A stretch of DNA of 64,000 bases, taken from the NCBI GenBank assembly GCA_963818245.1, contig CAWFSD010000003.1, forward strand, positions 99,860-163,859, written 5' to 3'. Every line of letters starts with the position of its first letter. The first letter of the stretch is position 1. The notes under the pieces are model-generated. The model saw only the letters and a list, made by a program, of their open reading frames with translations, was not told the DNA's origin and ran no database searches. This DNA is from an uncultured Planctomycetota bacterium. Lineage in GTDB: Bacteria; Planctomycetota; UBA11346. The position numbers and the translations under genes were made by a program. Shown one piece after another: positions 9,032 to 17,625 of this stretch.

Positions 9032-10108
9032 TTACGACGCGAACGCCAGGCGCGTCCAGGCGCCGCGGTCGGCCGAGCCGCGGCACGCCCACAGCTCGCG
9101 GCGCGCCGGCACCGTGACCATGCAGGCGTTGGTGCTGGTGCCCTGGCCGTCCTCGGCGAAGCGGTTGATCGAGTCGCTGCCGTCGGCGCGGTCGGCGAAC
9201 AGGCGCTGCAGGCTGGCGACGTCCTGACCACCGCCGTCCAGCAGCGCGCCGAGCCGCGCCAGGCGCGCGCGCGACGACGGGCTCGCCGGCTCGCCCTCGC
9301 GCGCGCGGTGGGCCTCGTCCAGGCAGTGGTTGGTGCGGTAGAGCGGGCGGTCCCCGGCGCGGTGCACCGCGCTGTCGGCGGTGCACTCCCAGTCGTCGAT
9401 CCCGCCCGCGTCCGCCGCCCAGTAGGTGTGCGCGGCCGCGCGCGGGCCACCGGTGAAGACCCGCCCGGCGGCGGCGCGGTCGCTTTCGCGCAGGGCGCGG
9501 TGCAGCAGCGACAGGTAGGGGATGCCCACGCGCGAACCGCGCGTCTTGATGTTGGTGGTGCCCACCGCCACGCCGTGCGCGTTCATGCCGATCAGCGACG
9601 GGCAGCCGGCGCAGGTGATGCTCCAGGTCTCGGGCCCGGCGCTCGGCCGGCGGTGCACCGCGACCACGAAGTCGAGGTCGCCGGGGTTCAGGTCCCAGCT
9701 CTGCGCGGCGTGCACCGCGCCGTCCGCCGCGTGCGTCGCCGGCACCAGCGCCGTCGAGCAGCCCTCCGCCTCGGCCGCGCGCGCCGGCAGCGCGAGGATG
9801 TCGCGGATGTCGGTCATGTTCGCGGTGGTGTAGAGATCGACCGCGTCGACGCCCGCGCCCGCCGCCAGCGCCTGGTGTTCGACCCAGCCCGCCTCGTCCC
9901 ACCCCTTGAGCGCCGCCAGGCACGCCGCGCCGAGCGCGCGGAAGGCCTGCTCATCGCGGATGCCGCGCTCGTACAGGTACGCGCGCGCCGCGCGCAGGCG
10001 CTGGCTCACGAAGTCCCCGATGCGCTCCTTGAGCTGCTCGCCCTGCCCCCGCCCGAGGGCCGCGGCATCGCCGGACACGTGGATCTGGGGGAGGTCGAGC
10101 AGCGGCAT
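9032..10108 (-). CDS. C45-family peptidase / acyl-CoA:6-aminopenicillanic-acid acyltransferase-like protein
   Basis: AAT-like fold with GCSTALV (N-terminal nucleophile Cys context). Possible starts are ATG 10108 or TTG 10141. The antisense ORF 8987..10153 is junk. Confidence 0.7.
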   Translation of the reverse strand: MPLLDLPQIHVSGDAAALGRGQGEQLKERIGDFVSQRLRAARAYLYERGIRDEQAFRALGAACLAALKGWDEAGWVEHQALAAGAGVDAVDLYTTANMTDIRDILALPARAAEAEGCSTALVPATHAADGAVHAAQSWDLNPGDLDFVVAVHRRPSAGPETWSITCAGCPSLIGMNAHGVAVGTTNIKTRGSRVGIPYLSLLHRALRESDRAAAGRVFTGGPRAAAHTYWAADAGGIDDWECTADSAVHRAGDRPLYRTNHCLDEAHRAREGEPASPSSRARLARLGALLDGGGQDVASLQRLFADRADGSDSINRFAEDGQGTSTNACMVTVPARRELWACRGSADRGAWTRLAFAS

Positions 10109-10173
10109 ACGTGGAGGGTACCGCGACCATGGCGGCAGCAAAGGGCCGGGTAAGCAGCGTTGCGCAGTGAAAG

Positions 10174-10412
10174 ACCTGGACCCTGGACCGTGGACACCTG
10201 GACCCTAGACCCTAGACCCTAGACATAGGGACGAGGTGATCAGTAGAGCCTCGACGCGGAACAGGGCATCGAAGATCGCGAAAGTGGATGCATTCCATCG
10301 GCGAAGTTTCAGACAACGCCATAAAAAGCAGGCAGTCCGCCTAGGGTCTAGGGTCTAGGGTCTCAGGGTCTAGGGTCTCAGGGTCTAGGGTCCAGGGTCC
10401 AGGGTCCAAGAA
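10174..10412. repeat. composite element: (GACCCTA)n array, about 105-bp lower-GC core, inverted (TAGGGTC)n array
   Basis: Direct reading: ctggaccctagaccctagaccctaga...core...ctagggtctagggtctagggtctcagggtctagggtc. Lies between the C45 and SnoaL genes. Confidence 0.9.
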
Positions 10413-10414
10413 CC

Positions 10415-10819
10415 CTACCCGATCTGCTTCAACCAATCCTGCACATTGTAATGATTGGTCACCCGCGTGATCGCCCCCGGCCGCATCTCGAAGAACGTCC
10501 CGCCATTCAGGGCGTAGGTCTGCCCGCGCGCCGGCGGCAGGCCCTCGTCGGTGGCCAGGTACTCGCCGCTGACGCGGTACTCGACGGCGGCGCGCTTGGC
10601 GTCCGAGGCGCAGACGATGACGATGTTGCTCAGGCGCTCGCGGTAGCAGCGCGCCATGCGCGCGAGGAAGGCGCGGAAGGCGTCGCGACCCACTTCGCGC
10701 GGGCCCTGGTTGAGGTCGTGGACGACGTCCTCGGCCAGCAGCGCGAGCAGCTCCTCCCACGCGCCGGCGTTGAACGCCTTGTAGTAGCCGCGGATGAGGT
10801 CGATGGCTCCGATGGTCAT
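10415..10819 (-). CDS. SnoaL-like/NTF2-like (ketosteroid isomerase fold) protein
   Basis: 134 aa, MTIGAIDLIRGYYKAFNAGAWEELLALLAEDVVHDLNQGP..., a typical SnoaL_2 pattern. Confidence 0.8.
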   Translation of the reverse strand: MTIGAIDLIRGYYKAFNAGAWEELLALLAEDVVHDLNQGPREVGRDAFRAFLARMARCYRERLSNIVIVCASDAKRAAVEYRVSGEYLATDEGLPPARGQTYALNGGTFFEMRPGAITRVTNHYNVQDWLKQIG

Positions 10820-10934
10820 GGCATCCCTTCCGTGTCCCGCGCGGCCCGCGTCGTGCGGGCCACCCGAGCATGGCGCGGCGCCGGCGCGGGGCGACGCGCG
10901 ATTTCCGACAGCGGCGCCGGACCGTCCGGTACCG

Positions 10935-11978
10935 TCACCAGTCCATGGGCATGGCCCACAGCGGTTCCCCCGCCGCCACGCCCAGGTGCCCGGCGAGATC
11001 GTGGCTGAGGCGCAGGCCCTCGCCCTGCACCGCGCAGGGCGCGAGCAGGAAGCGGTGGCTGGCGGGGTGGACGAGCAGGCGCTCCCCGGTCGCCGCCAGC
11101 GGCGGCAGGTCGAGGCGCACCAGCCGCCGGCTGCGCTGGATCGGCGCGACGTCCGCGACCTCGGCGCCGTCGTGCGGGCCGGCGTCGAAGGGATCGACGG
11201 TGCCGAGCGGCTTGAAGCCGGCGCGCGCGAGCAGCCGGCGCACCGGCGTGGTCGCCGGGCCCTCGTGGCCGACCAGCTCGCGCGCGGCGGGCGGCAGCAG
11301 CTCCATCACGATCTCCTCGTGCGGGAAGAACGCCTCGATGAACTCCTTGTCGCTGCGGCAGAGCAGGTCGGCGCGGTAGTAGCTGAGCCCGGTGAGCGGC
11401 GCGCCCACCGCGTCCCAGAAGGCGTTGCCGCCGTCCTCGCGGCGCGGCGGCAGCAGCTCGGCGAGCAGGCGCCGGCAGAAGCGCTCGCGGTGCATCGCCA
11501 CCAGCAGCAGGCGCGCCGCGACCAGCAGCTTGCCGATGCCCTGCCCGCGCGAGCGCGGGTGCACGATGAGCCCGCCGAGCTCCGTCCACGGTTCGACGTC
11601 GCGGCCGAGCTTGAGCAGGTGGCGCACGCGGTCGGTGCCGAGCTGCCTGCTGTGCACCGTGCTCTCGACGACGCGCAGGTAGTAGTGCGGCTCGTCGGGC
11701 ATGCCGTGGTACGCGAACAGCGACGCGGTGCCGAACAGGCGCTCGGCGCCGTCCTGGTCGCGGCCGACCGCCACCAGGGTGAAGCTGGCGTGGCGCGGGT
11801 CGACGCGCTCCCGGCTCTCCGGGTCGAGAGTGGCGAAGCTGCGCCGGCTGTCGGCGATGATGCCCGCGATCACCGCCGGGTCCTTGGGCAGGTTCACGGT
11901 GTCGAGCAGCCCGGCGAGGGCGAGCAGTTCGCCCGCATCCGCATCATCGACCGGACGGATGGTGATGGGCGGGGGCAC
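10935..11978 (-). CDS. astA: arginine/ornithine N-succinyltransferase (AstA/AruF family)
   Basis: ITIRPVDDADAGELLALAG..., YYLRVVESTV and NAFWDAVG...GLSYYRADLLCRSDKEFIEAFFP match AstA. GTG start at 11978. The track ORF extends N-terminally only by reading through the (GCGAGGC)n repeat as PRASRLA. Confidence 0.75.
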   Translation of the reverse strand: MPPPITIRPVDDADAGELLALAGLLDTVNLPKDPAVIAGIIADSRRSFATLDPESRERVDPRHASFTLVAVGRDQDGAERLFGTASLFAYHGMPDEPHYYLRVVESTVHSRQLGTDRVRHLLKLGRDVEPWTELGGLIVHPRSRGQGIGKLLVAARLLLVAMHRERFCRRLLAELLPPRREDGGNAFWDAVGAPLTGLSYYRADLLCRSDKEFIEAFFPHEEIVMELLPPAARELVGHEGPATTPVRRLLARAGFKPLGTVDPFDAGPHDGAEVADVAPIQRSRRLVRLDLPPLAATGERLLVHPASHRFLLAPCAVQGEGLRLSHDLAGHLGVAAGEPLWAMPMDW

Positions 11979-12039
11979 GGTGGGGGTTCTAGCAGGGGGT
12001 GGGTGGGGACCAAGGGGGGGCTGGGGGGCGTTGGGCGGA

Positions 12040-12302
12040 GGCGAGGCGCGAGGCGCGAGGGACGAGGCGCGAGGCGCGAGGGACGAGGCGCGAGGCACGA
12101 GGCGCGAGGCGCGAGGCGCGAGGCGCGAGGCACGAGGCACCGCGCTCGGGTGCCTGGAATGTTTATAGACCCAAGCGCGAGGAGCCAGCCTTGGGCCATT
12201 GTGCCCGACGATGTCGCTTCACGTGTTCGGCCTATCCGCGCATGAACCGGATATCTAGGGTCTGGGTCCAGGGTCCAGGGACTCGGGGTCCGGGTCCAGG
12301 GA
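12040..12302. repeat. hybrid element: (GCGAGGC)n array, about 110-bp core, (TAGGGTC)-like array
   Basis: cgaggcgcgaggcgcgagggacgaggcg... about 14 units, then tctagggtctgggtccagggtccaggg. Lies between astA and the sigma-factor gene. Confidence 0.85.
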
Positions 12303-12339
12303 GTTCCCCACATCCGATCAGCGTCGCAAAACGGTGCAA

Positions 12340-12407
12340 TTGAAACGACGCAGGTTCAACTGGTCCAAGATTTTACACTTGACCATGGAATTTGTCGCGC
12401 CTACAAG
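12340..12407 (+). promoter_or_regulatory. candidate sigma-70 promoter (TTGACC-17-TACAAG) preceded by the dyad TTGAAacgacgcaggTTCAA, upstream of the sigma-factor gene
   Basis: Low-GC stretch. Spacing counted directly. Confidence 0.35.
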
Positions 12408-12634
12408 ATCGGCCGCGATCCGTGGCCTGGGGATCGAGACGGTGCGGGATGGAACGCATGCCCGTGCCAGCCAGGCGACACGCTCAGCAGCCACGCCGCG
12501 GATCTCAGCCCCATAGCCCAGGGTGCCCCGTGCCGACCACGCCCATACCTCCTTCCAAGCCGTCGGAATCTTCTTCCGGGGCCCTGCTGCCCGGACGGCT
12601 TCCACTCGGCCATCAGGTCTTCCAGCCCGATCAC

Positions 12635-13484
12635 ATGAACGACGCGAGCACGCACAGCTCGATGCTGCGTCCGAGCGGGGCGAAGGCCGATCACGGCTGG
12701 CTCTACTACCAGAAGCCGGTGCGCAATTACCTGCGTGGCCTGGGCTGCGGGGACCAGGACGTCGATGACCTGACCCACGAGATCCTCATCAAGCTGCAGA
12801 CGTACATCGTCCTCAACTACAATCCCAGCCGGCCGTTCCGTCCGTATTTCAAGACCGCGATCCGGCACTTCTACTTCAGCCACCTGCGCGGGCGCGGCGG
12901 CCAGGGGGGCCGCCAGGTGGCGATGACGCCCGGCATCGCCGGGGCCGCCACCGCCGCCGAAGCCGAGGAGGATGAGAGCCAGGCCGGTGAGGACGTGCTC
13001 GCCGCCGGGCTGCTCGACTACGCCCGGCAGATGTACGACCACTTCGCCTCCGAGGCGGGATCCGCCCACGAGGTCGGCATCCAGAATGCTGCAGGCGTGG
13101 ATGCTCGGCGGGCTCAAGCAGGAGCAGCTCGCCACGCGCTGGAAGCTGACCGACCGCCAGGTGCGCACCCACATCGGCCGCGCCGCGGACGAGCTCGCGC
13201 GCTGGATGCAGGAGCGCCTGCACGCCGACGACCTGGCCGCCCTGGCCACCCTGGCCAAGGACAAGGGCGTGGTCCTGGATCTCGAGATGGCCGACATCCG
13301 CGGCCTGTTCAGCCACCTGTCGCGGCAGAAGCGCCTGCGTGCCCTGCTCATCCTCTCGCTCATCTACAAGCGCGAATCCGGATCCGCCGCCGGCACCCCG
13401 CTGACCGCCCTATCCGTGCTGGCTGTGCATGGATTGAGCGCTGGGCATCGCATTCGCCGGTTGAAGGACCGGCGGGTGGTCTAG
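12635..13484 (+). CDS. sigma-70 family RNA polymerase sigma factor (apparent frameshift near 13085)
   Basis: Region 2 (DVDDLTHEILIKLQTYIVLNYNPSRPFRPYFKTAIRHFYFSHLR) in frame 12392. Region 4 HTH (LKQEQLATRWKLTDRQVRTHIGRAADELARWMQERL) in frame 12972. The start could also be 12662. Confidence 0.6.
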
Positions 13485-13535
13485 ACTCGCCAGCCAGGAT
13501 TCCGGTTCTGATGGAGCCCCAGGAGTAAGTCCTGG

Positions 13536-15371
13536 ATGATCCTCATCGCCGACAGGTACCTCATGGACAACGCCTCAGCCCTCAGCAGCGCCTCCGCCCG
13601 CCCCTCCGGCGTGCCGGCCGCGCAGGCCAGTTCCAGCGGCTCGTCGCGCACCCATGAGACCACCTTCACCGCCGGGGTGCCGCTCTTCACCACCCCCCCG
13701 GTGCCGGCGCCCGGCCAGGACGAGGTCAGCGCCAGCATGCCGGCCGATCCCGCCTCGCTGCCGCCCGGGCTGGAGCGCATCGGCGGCGTCCGCCTGCTGC
13801 GCCTGGTCGGCACCGGCGGCATGGGCCGCGTCTACCTCGGCCACCACGAGGCCCTCGACCTGGCGGTCGCGGTCAAGGTGATGAAGGACGGCGCCGGCGA
13901 CCAGGAGCGCTTCATCAACGAAGCGCGCCTGGCCGCGCGCATCCACGACGACCACATCGTGCGCATCCTGAACGCCGGCGAGGAGGGCGGGCGCGCCTTC
14001 CTGGTCCTCGAGTACGTCGCCGGCGTCAACCTCAAGCAGCTGCTCGCCGAGCAGGGCGGGCTGCCCTGGCGCAAGGCGGTGGACATCACCCTGCAGGCGG
14101 CGCGCGGCCTGGCCGCGGCGCACCGCGCCGGGGTCGTCCACCGCGACGTCAAGCCGTCGAACATCCTGGTCGCCGCGAACGGCGTGGCCAAGGTCACCGA
14201 CCTCGGCCTGGCGCGCGAGGCCTTCATGGACAGCGGCGCGACCGAGACCGGCCACGTCCTGGGCACCCCCGCCTACATGGCGCCGGAGCAGGCGCGCGAC
14301 TCGCGCCAGGCCGGCCCGCCCGCCGACGTCTACGCGCTCGGCGTGTCGCTCTGGCACATGCTCGCCGGCGAGGTGCCGTTCAAGAAGTCGAGCCACACCA
14401 ACGTGCTGTTCGCGCACCTGCACGAGAACGTGCCCGACATCCGCCTGCGCGTGCCGGAGCTGCCCGCGCTGCTCTGCGAGCTGATGCGCCGCATGCTCGC
14501 CAAGGACCCCGCCCGCCGCCCCGCCGACGGCGCCGCCGTGGCCGACGAGCTGCAGCGCATCCTCGGCCAGCCCGGCACCACCGCCGTCCAGCGCGGCGGC
14601 AGCAGCGTGCTGCGCCGGCCGCGCATCTCGCGCGCGCTCGGGGCGCGCATCGCCGCGGTGCTGCTGCTCGCCGTGGTCGTCAGCAGCGGCTTCTGGGCCG
14701 GTCGCGGCACCACCGCCCCGGCGCTCGCCGCGGGCGACCCGGCGCCGGCCGCCACCCCGCCGGCCCCCGCCGCCGGCGACGCCTGGCACACCCCGACGCG
14801 CGCGGTCTGCCTGGTCGGCGACCAGCTCGCGCCCGCCACCGAGACCGCCATCCTCCAGGCCCTCGCCGCCAGCGGCCTGCCCGTGGTCGAGCGCGAGCGC
14901 GTCGCGACCATCACCGGCGAGCAGCACCTGGTGCGCGACGGCCACGTCGACCAGCTCAGCGCCGAGCGCATCGGGCGCATGGTCGGCGCGCACATCGTGG
15001 TCTTCGCCAGCGAGCGCGACGGCAAGGTCAGCCTGCGCACCGACCTGCTCGAGACCGCGACCATCGTCGACATCCAGCTCGCCACGCCCGACACCGTCGC
15101 CGCCAGGCTCGACGGCGCGCTGCGCAAGGCCGTCGCCGCGCTGCCCGTGCAGGGCGTGGGCTCGGCCACCGCCGTCGACGTCGGCGCGCGCCACGGCCTG
15201 CGCGTCGGCGACCACGTCGAGCTGCTCGACGGCACGCCCGCCGCCCCCGGCCGCACCGTCGCCACCGGCGAGGTGGTCAAGGTCGAGCCGTCCCACGCGG
15301 TGCTCCGCACCAGCCAGGAGCTGCCGGCCGGCGCGCCGCTGCTGGTGCGGCGCCCCGACCAAGCGCCCTGA
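13536..15371 (+). CDS. Ser/Thr protein kinase with one TM helix and a periplasmic LpoB/CsgG-like domain plus a C-terminal beta domain
   Basis: Hanks motifs GTGGMGRVYLG, AVKVM, HRDVKPSNIL, DLGLA, GTPAYMAPE. TM ARIAAVLLLAVVVSSGFWAG. AGGAG lies 10 nt upstream of the ATG. Confidence 0.85.
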   Translation: MILIADRYLMDNASALSSASARPSGVPAAQASSSGSSRTHETTFTAGVPLFTTPPVPAPGQDEVSASMPADPASLPPGLERIGGVRLLRLVGTGGMGRVYLGHHEALDLAVAVKVMKDGAGDQERFINEARLAARIHDDHIVRILNAGEEGGRAFLVLEYVAGVNLKQLLAEQGGLPWRKAVDITLQAARGLAAAHRAGVVHRDVKPSNILVAANGVAKVTDLGLAREAFMDSGATETGHVLGTPAYMAPEQARDSRQAGPPADVYALGVSLWHMLAGEVPFKKSSHTNVLFAHLHENVPDIRLRVPELPALLCELMRRMLAKDPARRPADGAAVADELQRILGQPGTTAVQRGGSSVLRRPRISRALGARIAAVLLLAVVVSSGFWAGRGTTAPALAAGDPAPAATPPAPAAGDAWHTPTRAVCLVGDQLAPATETAILQALAASGLPVVERERVATITGEQHLVRDGHVDQLSAERIGRMVGAHIVVFASERDGKVSLRTDLLETATIVDIQLATPDTVAARLDGALRKAVAALPVQGVGSATAVDVGARHGLRVGDHVELLDGTPAAPGRTVATGEVVKVEPSHAVLRTSQELPAGAPLLVRRPDQAP

Positions 15372-15384
15372 GAGGTCCCGTCCG

Positions 15385-17091
15385 ATGCCCGCCACCCGCC
15401 CGCCCTTCGCCGTCCCGGGCGCCCTGCTGATCCTCCTCGGGAGCACCTGGCTGGCGGTCGGTTGCGCGGCGCGCGGGGCCACGCCGACCAAGGGCGAGGT
15501 CGGCACCGTCCAGCCCTTCCACGACCGCTGGTGGCAGTACTACGAGCGCGGCGTGGCGTGGGCCGGCATCGGCCGGCTCGGCGAGGCCGAGACCGACCTG
15601 CGCGTGTGCCTCGAACAGCGCCAGGCCGACCGCCGCCGCGCGCGCACCTACGGCATGCACTTCGTGCAGTGCTTCGCGCACCGCGAACTGGGCGCGGTGC
15701 TGCTCAAGCAGGGCAAGCTCGACGAGGCCGAGCGCGAACTGCGCCTGAGCCTGGCCCAGGAGCCGAGCGCCAAGGCCGAATTCCTGCTCCAGCGCCTCGC
15801 CGAGCAGCGCCAGGGCGTGGCCGCGCGGCCCGACCACGCGCCGCTCGTGCAGGGGTCCGCGCCCCTGCCGGTGGCCCCGGTCCCGCCGCCCGGCGCCGCG
15901 CCCGATCCCCAGCGCGAGACCGTGGTGCTCGAGTCGGTCGAGCCCGCCGCCGCCGGCTTCGCGATCAGCGGCCACCTCCAGCCCGCCGACTCCTGGCTGT
16001 GGCTGCTGCCCGCCGCCGGCACCCCGCAGCAGGTGCGGCTCGCCGCCGACGGCGGCTTCAGCGCCACGGTCCCCGCCGGCGCCCAGCTCGCGCGCGGCGA
16101 CGCCAGCGGGCCGGACGCGGCGGCCGCGACCCTGCCGGTGGTCGCGGCCAGCGCCGGTTCGCTGGTGATCGACGGCCCCGACCAGCAGCGCATCGTCCAC
16201 GGCCCGCGCGCCTTCTACCGCTACAAGGCCGCCGCCTCCGGCGGCGTGCGCGAGCTCGTGGTGCGCGACGCGCAGGGCCGCGAGCGCGGCCGCCAGGTCC
16301 TCTCCGGCACGCACGCCGCGGGCACCTTCCCGGTCGCCATCGAGGACGGCGCGCAGGCGCTGACCTTCCGCCTGAGCGGGCCGGCCGGCCAGCTCGGCGA
16401 AGCCACCGTCGCGGTCAGCGGCGAGGGCACCCCGCTGCAGGACCGCCACCTGCGCGCGACCGCGCTGGTCATCCCCCTGCAGAGCCCGCGCCCTGGCGCG
16501 CTGCGCGCGGACGACGACACCCGCCTGATCGGCGCGCTGCTCGCGGATGGCCGTTTCCAGCTCCAGGACCCCGGCGCCGATGCCCTGCTCGCCCGCGAGC
16601 TCGCCCTGGTCGAGGCCGGCTACGTCGACCGCGCCACCGCCGCCGCCGCCGGCCGGCGCCTGGCCACGCGCTACGTGCTGGCCGGGACCCTGACGCGCAG
16701 CCCGGGCCTGCAGCGCGGCGACGTCGAGTGCTACCTGCGCCTGATCTCGTGCGACACCGGCGCCGTGCTGCGCACCGCCGACGCCTTCGCCGAGGACCTG
16801 CCGGCCGCGCGCGACGACGAGTTCTTCACCAGCGTCGCCGGCCTGCTGCGCCAGGAGTTCCCGGTGGTCGAGGGCCGCGTGGTCGAGAACGGGACCGGCG
16901 TGGGCCTGGACGTCGGCGCCCGCGCCGGCGTGGTCAAGACCATGCGCTTCCACATCCTCCCCGCGGCCGGCGCCGACCGCCAGGCGCCGCTGACCGTGGT
17001 CGAGATCCAGGACGTGGACGCCGAGCGCGCCCGCGCCCGCCCCATCGCCGGCGGCTCCGCCGCGCCGGGGGCGACGGCGATCAGCGAGTAG
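15385..17091 (+). CDS. lipoprotein: TPR-like N-terminal region plus an LpoB/CsgG-like and C-terminal beta domain paralogous to the preceding kinase's periplasmic part
   Basis: Lipobox LAVGC. Segments ...GALLADGRFQLQ..ELALVEAGYVDRATAAAAGRRLATRYVLAGTL.. and ..VVEGRVVENGTGVGLDVGARAGV..LTVVEIQDV mirror kinase residues about 455-600. Confidence 0.7.
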   Translation: MPATRPPFAVPGALLILLGSTWLAVGCAARGATPTKGEVGTVQPFHDRWWQYYERGVAWAGIGRLGEAETDLRVCLEQRQADRRRARTYGMHFVQCFAHRELGAVLLKQGKLDEAERELRLSLAQEPSAKAEFLLQRLAEQRQGVAARPDHAPLVQGSAPLPVAPVPPPGAAPDPQRETVVLESVEPAAAGFAISGHLQPADSWLWLLPAAGTPQQVRLAADGGFSATVPAGAQLARGDASGPDAAAATLPVVAASAGSLVIDGPDQQRIVHGPRAFYRYKAAASGGVRELVVRDAQGRERGRQVLSGTHAAGTFPVAIEDGAQALTFRLSGPAGQLGEATVAVSGEGTPLQDRHLRATALVIPLQSPRPGALRADDDTRLIGALLADGRFQLQDPGADALLARELALVEAGYVDRATAAAAGRRLATRYVLAGTLTRSPGLQRGDVECYLRLISCDTGAVLRTADAFAEDLPAARDDEFFTSVAGLLRQEFPVVEGRVVENGTGVGLDVGARAGVVKTMRFHILPAAGADRQAPLTVVEIQDVDAERARARPIAGGSAAPGATAISE

Positions 17092-17109
17092 GAGGGCGCT
17101 GCGCGCAGG

Positions 17110-17200
17110 CACAGGCGCGAGGCGCGAGGCGCGAGGCGCGACGGGCGAGTCACGAGTCACGACGCGCGAGGCACGAGACGCGACGCGCGAGGGACAGCCT
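17110..17200. repeat. (GCGAGGC)n-type heptamer array, degenerating
   Basis: gcgaggcgcgaggcgcgaggcgcgacgggcgagtcacgagtcacgacgcgcgaggcacgagacgcgacgcgcgaggg. Confidence 0.8.
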
Positions 17201-17281
17201 TTGGCTGTCGGTGCGGTAGGGGTGCGAGCGGGCATCGCCGCGCTCGTATGGGCGTGAGGCGCGGGATGCGAGGTGGTGATC

Positions 17282-17590
17282 ATGGGCGGAATGCTGTTCC
17301 TGCTCGGTGCGTTCGGCCTCATGGTGGCAGGGGGATTCGCGTATTTCCTGCGCCGGAGCCGGATCGGCACGTGGGCGGTGCTCGCTGGGGCTGGGGGGCT
17401 GTCGTGGTGGGCAGCGCACTACCTCCACGCATTGGGCAGCGGAGTGCCGCTCACGGCAGACCAGGAATGGCATCGCACCTACCTCGTCTGGCTGCTGGCC
17501 GTCATCCCATGCGCACTGCTCATCGGGGGCGTGATCGGCTTCCACCTGCGCCGGCGCGCGTACATGGCGCAGTACCGTGGGATCCGGTGA
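17282..17590 (+). CDS. small membrane protein (3 predicted TM helices)
   Basis: AGGTGG SD 6 nt upstream of the ATG. Hydrophobic helices. Codon usage is typical. Confidence 0.45.
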   Translation: MGGMLFLLGAFGLMVAGGFAYFLRRSRIGTWAVLAGAGGLSWWAAHYLHALGSGVPLTADQEWHRTYLVWLLAVIPCALLIGGVIGFHLRRRAYMAQYRGIR

Positions 17591-17625
17591 CGGTCACGTG
17601 CTGAGGCGCCTCGCGCCTCACGCCT

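Noticed and set aside
10174-10412. CRISPR array
   Set aside because: The repeat units are only 7-8 bp and directly contiguous, with no unique spacers of constant length. No cas genes are present.
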